Positions 59,762 through 64,000 of a stretch of DNA of 64,000 bases are shown in pieces. The notes below the pieces were generated by a model, which was given only the letters and a program-made list of their open reading frames with translations, made no database searches and was not told the DNA's origin. This DNA comes from Patescibacteria group bacterium. GTDB taxonomy: Bacteria; Patescibacteriota; UBA1384; DATEAH01. Within the stretch, counting starts at the first letter, position 1, and each line of letters begins with the position of its first letter. The translations under genes and the position numbers were made by a program. Location of the stretch: positions 3,636-67,635 of the forward strand of contig DATEAH010000005.1 in NCBI GenBank assembly GCA_035288465.1. Reading direction: 5' to 3'.

Positions 59762-59961
59762 AGCACACTATAATAAGTCCAAAAAGTTCACGAAATAATA
59801 AATCCATTTTCTCTATTTTTTTTGAAGAATAGAGTATATCCGGATTTTTTAATAATTCCGGAATAATTATCTTTTCCAGTATTACTTCTACTGACTTCGC
59901 TGCTATTATTTTTTTATTTATGCCAAATTTTTTTATCATAACTATTCCTTAAATTTTTTAA

Positions 59962-60198
59962 TTAAATTTTGCCGATTTTTCTCCTTGCCTTGTGAATCCT
60001 CATGTGTTTTATCTTTGTCACAACACGTGTTCCCTTAGAAGTAGTTTTTCCTCCCTCAACGATAGGTTTGACGTGGTGCAAAACTTTACCTTTGGGTAAT
60101 TTGCCTTTATTATAACCTTTTTGTTTAAGAACTTTTTTAATTTTTAATGGATTTCTTTCTTTTTTAATTTGTTTTTTAGATAGTTTTCTTTTCTTCAT
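59962..60198 (-). CDS. Small basic HNH-endonuclease-like protein
   Basis: LHHVKPIVEGGKTT...HMRIHKARR fits the HNH pattern (HH..P...GG...H..H). Start taken at the ATG preceded by an AAGGAG RBS; the ORF track begins 10 codons upstream at GTG. Confidence 0.5.
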   Translation of the reverse strand: MKKRKLSKKQIKKERNPLKIKKVLKQKGYNKGKLPKGKVLHHVKPIVEGGKTTSKGTRVVTKIKHMRIHKARRKIGKI

Positions 60199-60292
60199 TC
60201 CATACTCCTTTTTATATAAGTTATCCACAGATTGACTTTCGATTTATTTTCGATTATATTTTAATTATAATGCGTAAAAAAGGGGGTGTCAA

Positions 60293-61855
60293 ATGATCAC
60301 TAAACGCCAAAAACAAGTTCTCGAATTTATTAAAAAATTCATTAGAACGCATGACTACGCTCCCTCTTTAGAAGAAATTAAAAAGCACCTCAATCTTTCT
60401 TCTGTTTCTACTGCCCATCATCATATTTCAAAACTATACAATAAAGGATTTATTAATAGATTAAAAAATAATCCACGAGCGATCGAACTTGTTGAGACTA
60501 AAAAACTAAATTTAATTAAAATCCCTATTGTGGGAACAATAGCTGCGGGTCAACCGATTGAAGCGATAGAAGTTCCTGGTCAGTCAGTGACTCTATCACG
60601 AGATGAAATTGGAAAATTCGGAAATTTTTATGCTCTGAAAGTTGACGGCAATAGTATGATCGACGAAGGTATATTTGATGGTGACTTTGTAATAATTCGC
60701 AGACAAGAAACTGCTGATAATGGACAGACGGTCGTGGCGATTATTGATGATAACGAAGCTACCCTTAAAAAAATTTATAAAGAAAATAAAAGAATTAAAT
60801 TACAGCCAGCGAATCAGGTTATGCTACCTATCTTTCGAAAAGAGGTAAAAATTCGTGGTGTAGTGGTTAAAATCATCAGAAACTTAGAAAATAGCGTTCA
60901 GGATAATACACTGGCTTATAAAAAGAAAATATTATTAAATCGCATTAGAAGTTCTAATCCTAATAGTAGCAATAAATATAAAAGAGTTGCTCTTTCAACA
61001 ATAAGATATGCTGGTGGGAAAAGCTTGGCAGTTGGACATGTGATTGAATTGTTGCCAGACAATATCGAAAAGGTTATTTCTCCGTTTTTTGGTGGTGGTT
61101 CAATTGAAATAGCTATGAGCAAAGAGCTAGATTTGGAAGTAGTAGGTTATGATATATTTGATATCCTTTGCAATTATTGGAAATTTCAGATAGAAAAACC
61201 GAAACTTCTTTATGAAAAATTAAAAGTACTAGAACCAAATAAAAAAACTTTTGAGAAAATTAGATTAATCTTGAATAAAGTATGGAAAAAAAGAATAAAG
61301 TTAGACCCTATAACATTAGCGGTTTATTATGTTTATAACTTTAACTTATCATATGGCCCAGGATTTATGGGTTGGGCTTCTGATATTTATTTAAATGAGA
61401 AAAAATATAATAGAGTAATTAAAAAAATTAGAGACTTTGATCCTAAAAATTTACGGGTTAAATGTGAAGATTTCCAAAAAGTAATCAAGAATCACCCAAA
61501 TGATTTTCTTTATTGTGATCCTCCATATTATATTGGAAAGGATTCAAAAATGTTTAAAGGAATATATCCGATGAGGAATATTCCTGTCCATCATAATGGA
61601 TTCCCACATGAGGCATTAAGAGATTTGCTGAAGAAACACAAGGGTGGCTTTATTTTATCCTATAACAATTGTTCGACAATAAGGGAATACTACAAAGAGT
61701 TCCAACAAGTATTTCCAAGTTGGCAGTACACAATGGGACAAGGAGAAACAAGAATAGGCCAAAATCGCATTAATAATGGGAGTAAAAATCATATAAAGTC
61801 ATCTCATGAAATAATTATTTACAATTTGCCAAAGAATAAATTTTATAATTCTTGA
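60293..61855 (+). CDS. Fusion: complete LexA repressor (wHTH + S24 autopeptidase) + Dam-family N6-adenine DNA methyltransferase
   Basis: LexA hallmarks: ITKRQKQVLEFI, cleavage-site IVGTIAAGQP (Ala-Gly), nucleophile VDGNSM, GDFVIIRR...GQTVVAIIDDNEATLKKIYK (catalytic Lys), VVVKIIRN. ~35-aa linker. Dam hallmarks: RYAGGKS (AdoMet motif I), CDPPYY (motif IV). One 520-aa ORF, no in-frame stop. Confidence 0.8.
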   Translation: MITKRQKQVLEFIKKFIRTHDYAPSLEEIKKHLNLSSVSTAHHHISKLYNKGFINRLKNNPRAIELVETKKLNLIKIPIVGTIAAGQPIEAIEVPGQSVTLSRDEIGKFGNFYALKVDGNSMIDEGIFDGDFVIIRRQETADNGQTVVAIIDDNEATLKKIYKENKRIKLQPANQVMLPIFRKEVKIRGVVVKIIRNLENSVQDNTLAYKKKILLNRIRSSNPNSSNKYKRVALSTIRYAGGKSLAVGHVIELLPDNIEKVISPFFGGGSIEIAMSKELDLEVVGYDIFDILCNYWKFQIEKPKLLYEKLKVLEPNKKTFEKIRLILNKVWKKRIKLDPITLAVYYVYNFNLSYGPGFMGWASDIYLNEKKYNRVIKKIRDFDPKNLRVKCEDFQKVIKNHPNDFLYCDPPYYIGKDSKMFKGIYPMRNIPVHHNGFPHEALRDLLKKHKGGFILSYNNCSTIREYYKEFQQVFPSWQYTMGQGETRIGQNRINNGSKNHIKSSHEIIIYNLPKNKFYNS

Positions 61856-62613
61856 AATTTAGAAATCGCTCTACCGTGGACTAAAACATTATTATATTTA
61901 ATTTTTATTTTATTAATTTTATTTTTTAATAAATTTAGTGTTTTTTCTCGACTCATCCAAAATTTGATTTCTCTATAATGCACATCACTATCATTTCTAA
62001 GTTCAATTTCGCCAATAGTTACACCCTTATTAATCAATATAAAAATAACTTTTTGAGCATCCATCTGCCCAATTCTTTTTGCTTTTGAATTTGAAATCGT
62101 GGTAGAATTATCAAGGGCTTCGATAGCTTCATACCCATCAAAAACATGAAATTGATGATTTTCTTTAATGGTTAAATAATCAACTTCTCCATTATTCAAA
62201 AATGCTTTTTTGAAAAAAATAATTTTGTTTTGCCCTTTATTTAAATATTTACTTAAATTTTTCATTGCAATAGTCAGTAATTCCTTAAACTTTATTTTAT
62301 TTAGTAAATATTTATCTCTAGATGAGGGGAAACAATTAAGACAATCACGAAGAAAATTTGATCCTTGGAAATCAATATCAGTCATTAACCTATTATAACC
62401 ATATAAGAATATTTGCCATTTTTTCTCTCCACTTTTCACGGAATGTATATCACCACGTTTGTCTATTACATCTTTTTTCTTGCCACTACCATGCGTTTTA
62501 CCCCCGATTATACACGCAAATTCTTTTTCGGCATCATGACCACGCTGTCTTACCATCCTAGCATTTTCAGAAGTCATTGCACGACGTTTTATTATTGTAT
62601 TCTTTTGATCCAT
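61843..62613 (-). CDS. Hypothetical protein (256 aa); candidate restriction endonuclease partner of the methyltransferase
   Basis: Convergent with, and overlapping by 13 nt, the 3' end of the LexA-MTase gene. No confident motif (possible D...EIELR). Confidence 0.5.
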   Translation of the reverse strand: MDQKNTIIKRRAMTSENARMVRQRGHDAEKEFACIIGGKTHGSGKKKDVIDKRGDIHSVKSGEKKWQIFLYGYNRLMTDIDFQGSNFLRDCLNCFPSSRDKYLLNKIKFKELLTIAMKNLSKYLNKGQNKIIFFKKAFLNNGEVDYLTIKENHQFHVFDGYEAIEALDNSTTISNSKAKRIGQMDAQKVIFILINKGVTIGEIELRNDSDVHYREIKFWMSREKTLNLLKNKINKIKIKYNNVLVHGRAISKFQEL

Positions 62614-62628
62614 TTTATATTCCTTTTC

Positions 62629-62650
62629 TGCTTCAAGTTTACTCTTTAAA
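62629..62650. promoter_or_regulatory. 18-nt element TGCTTCAAGTTTACTCTT (+AAA), copy 1 (copy 2 at 63898-63918)
   Basis: Identical sequence 15-37 nt upstream of the 256-aa gene start and ~40-60 nt upstream of the 87-aa/308-aa operon start. Confidence 0.5.
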
Positions 62651-62667
62651 ATGATTTTTGTACTTTT

Positions 62668-63594
62668 TTATCCTTTTATTAGCTTAAAACTGATTTTATA
62701 TGTGTAAAAGTCAATATTTTGGGTTACAGACAAGGCACGATGCAGACGAATATCATCTTCATGAGCAATAATTAATCCGCAAACTTTTTGACCTTTTTCG
62801 GCAAGTTCTTCTTTAATATAACCCATATAACTCTGCACTTGACCGATAACAACATCACTCGCTCTTCCTCTTTTAAGTTCTATGACTAATAATTCCTTTT
62901 TGTCCTTGCTGATTGCGAGAATATCAAGCGGCCCGGTGTCTGTTTGATATTGCTTACCAATAATTTCACCCTTTTCTTTAAAAATATTATATTTTTTCCC
63001 TAGAATTGTATGTTCCCAGTTTTGGACCAAAAAATCTTCTAAATACTGCTCGAGCGCAAAAACCGAAGGATCCTCAATGGTTTCATCGGTCGCAATAATA
63101 TCTGCGGGTTTTTTGCCAGAAATGAGTTTTTCAATCTCCTCTGCATATCCTGAGATATTGATAGCCGTTCCGGCTGCGCCTGTTGAATTTTGAAGAGCTT
63201 CACTCATTTGATTTCTTTCAATAACCCCCGGAAACCAACGTACTCCTCGACGATGGGGTAATTTTTCACCTTTTTGATATTCGTAGTTAGTTGTGATTTC
63301 GCCAACCATATATTCGGCTCTACCATTAGGACAAAGAACGATATCATCAACATTTATTCCTTTTGCAATAGTCCAAAGCATGCCACAAGCAAGACCAGCC
63401 GCGACTCTTGATCTCCCTGGATTTTCTTTGAGATATTTAGGAATCATCACTTTATTAAATTCGCGCCAATTTTCGGGTAGTTTATTTGATAAATCTGTTT
63501 TTTTAATCCACCCAACACCAATAAAATTACCAACATGGGCTTCTTCTGCATAAATACTATTTTGCCCTAGCATAATTCTATAATATGCTCTCAT
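62668..63594 (-). CDS. Nuclease: N-terminal PUA/EVE-like domain (tentative) + C-terminal NucS/DUF91 (Shedu-like) PD-(D/E)xK domain
   Basis: C-terminus GPLDILAISKDKKELLVIELKRGRASDVVIGQVQSYMGYIK matches the NucS-type D...ExK...Q..Y motif. N-terminus has FIGVGW...VDDIVLCP..AEYMVGEI...HRRGVRW (PUA-like pattern). Confidence 0.6.
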   Translation of the reverse strand: MRAYYRIMLGQNSIYAEEAHVGNFIGVGWIKKTDLSNKLPENWREFNKVMIPKYLKENPGRSRVAAGLACGMLWTIAKGINVDDIVLCPNGRAEYMVGEITTNYEYQKGEKLPHRRGVRWFPGVIERNQMSEALQNSTGAAGTAINISGYAEEIEKLISGKKPADIIATDETIEDPSVFALEQYLEDFLVQNWEHTILGKKYNIFKEKGEIIGKQYQTDTGPLDILAISKDKKELLVIELKRGRASDVVIGQVQSYMGYIKEELAEKGQKVCGLIIAHEDDIRLHRALSVTQNIDFYTYKISFKLIKG

Positions 63595-63596
63595 CG

Positions 63597-63860
63597 CTAT
63601 TCCTTTATTTTTGTTCTATTGATAATATTTTCGATTACCCAATATTTATAACCATAAATTTTTAGATATTTGTATTTTTTGCCATAAAATGATTTTTTAT
63701 AACCATTTTTATCGATCTCGGCAATAAAAGTATTAATTTCTTCCGATTTTTCCGGATATAAGTCTGTAACAATATATTCGTGGGGAATTTCGGGCATCGT
63801 TTTAGCAAATTGCCAATCAACTGACTTGATTAATTTTTCAATCTGCATTAAATTATTCAT
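63597..63860 (-). CDS. Small hypothetical protein (87 aa), first gene of an operon with the nuclease
   Basis: MNNLMQIEKLIKSVDWQFAKTMPEIPHEYIV...KYKYLKIYGYKYWV; its stop abuts the nuclease start. Confidence 0.45.
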   Translation of the reverse strand: MNNLMQIEKLIKSVDWQFAKTMPEIPHEYIVTDLYPEKSEEINTFIAEIDKNGYKKSFYGKKYKYLKIYGYKYWVIENIINRTKIKE

Positions 63861-64000
63861 TCAGTTTTGTTTTTTAATCTCCAAAAGAAAATCTATTTGC
63901 TTCAAGTTTACTCTTAAATTGGGTGGAAAGCAAGAAGTTGTGGGCACAATAGGAAATTAACCTAATTAGTCTAATTATTCTAAAATTGTTATGTTAAGGC

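Noticed and set aside
42819-60229. Perfect DnaA boxes (TTATCCACA) as a replication origin
   Set aside because: No dnaA or dnaN gene, no AT-rich DUE with clustered boxes. The three boxes are 5-13 kb apart, each upstream of a gene promoter, which is more consistent with transcription-factor sites.

Overview
This is an AT-rich bacterial chromosome segment, roughly one-third GC by eye. It uses the standard genetic code: TGA is a stop, for example at the ends of copA and the lexA-dam fusion. Long tail extensions on ribosomal proteins, a DUF4012 protein, a sortase/LPXTG pair and many small basic proteins suggest a Patescibacteria/CPR-like organism; this is inference only.

- **1-21.7 kb:** one uninterrupted minus-strand core-gene block, rpoB-rpoC-rpsL-rpsG-fusA-tuf-rpsJ-rplC-rplD-rplW-rplB-rpsS-rplV-rpsC-rplP-rpmC-rpsQ-rplN-rplX-rplE-rpsN-rpsH-rplF. 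It is interrupted in three places by membrane-anchored hypothetical proteins, two of them tandem paralogs between rpsJ and rplC.
- **22-39 kb:** a LysM-CHAP peptidoglycan hydrolase, a HEAT-repeat protein, the c-di-AMP module cdaA-cdaR, infB, gyrA with a long basic tail, gyrB, and a DUF4012 / glycosyltransferase / sugar-phosphotransferase cassette.
- **39.4-41.5 kb and 52.9-55 kb:** GC-richer islands of unknown genes, including a serpin-like protein.
- **41.5-52.8 kb:** a Y-family polymerase (dinB), a sortase with an LPXTG beta-propeller-repeat substrate, and a copper / thiol-disulfide cluster (csoR, an HMA-permease-cupredoxin fusion, copA, DUF1573, ccdA, trxB-like).
- **55-64 kb:** an accessory, defence-like region. 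It holds a DUF433/DUF5615 toxin-antitoxin pair, a RAYT/IS200-like element with REP-like flanks, small phage-like and apparently frameshifted genes, and an HNH protein. The most unusual item is a single ORF fusing a complete LexA repressor to a Dam-family N6-adenine methyltransferase. It is convergent with a 256-aa unknown protein and followed by an operon encoding a PUA/EVE-like + NucS-like PD-(D/E)xK nuclease. The 256-aa gene and that operon share an identical 18-nt upstream element.

No rRNA, tRNA or CRISPR array was recognised by eye.
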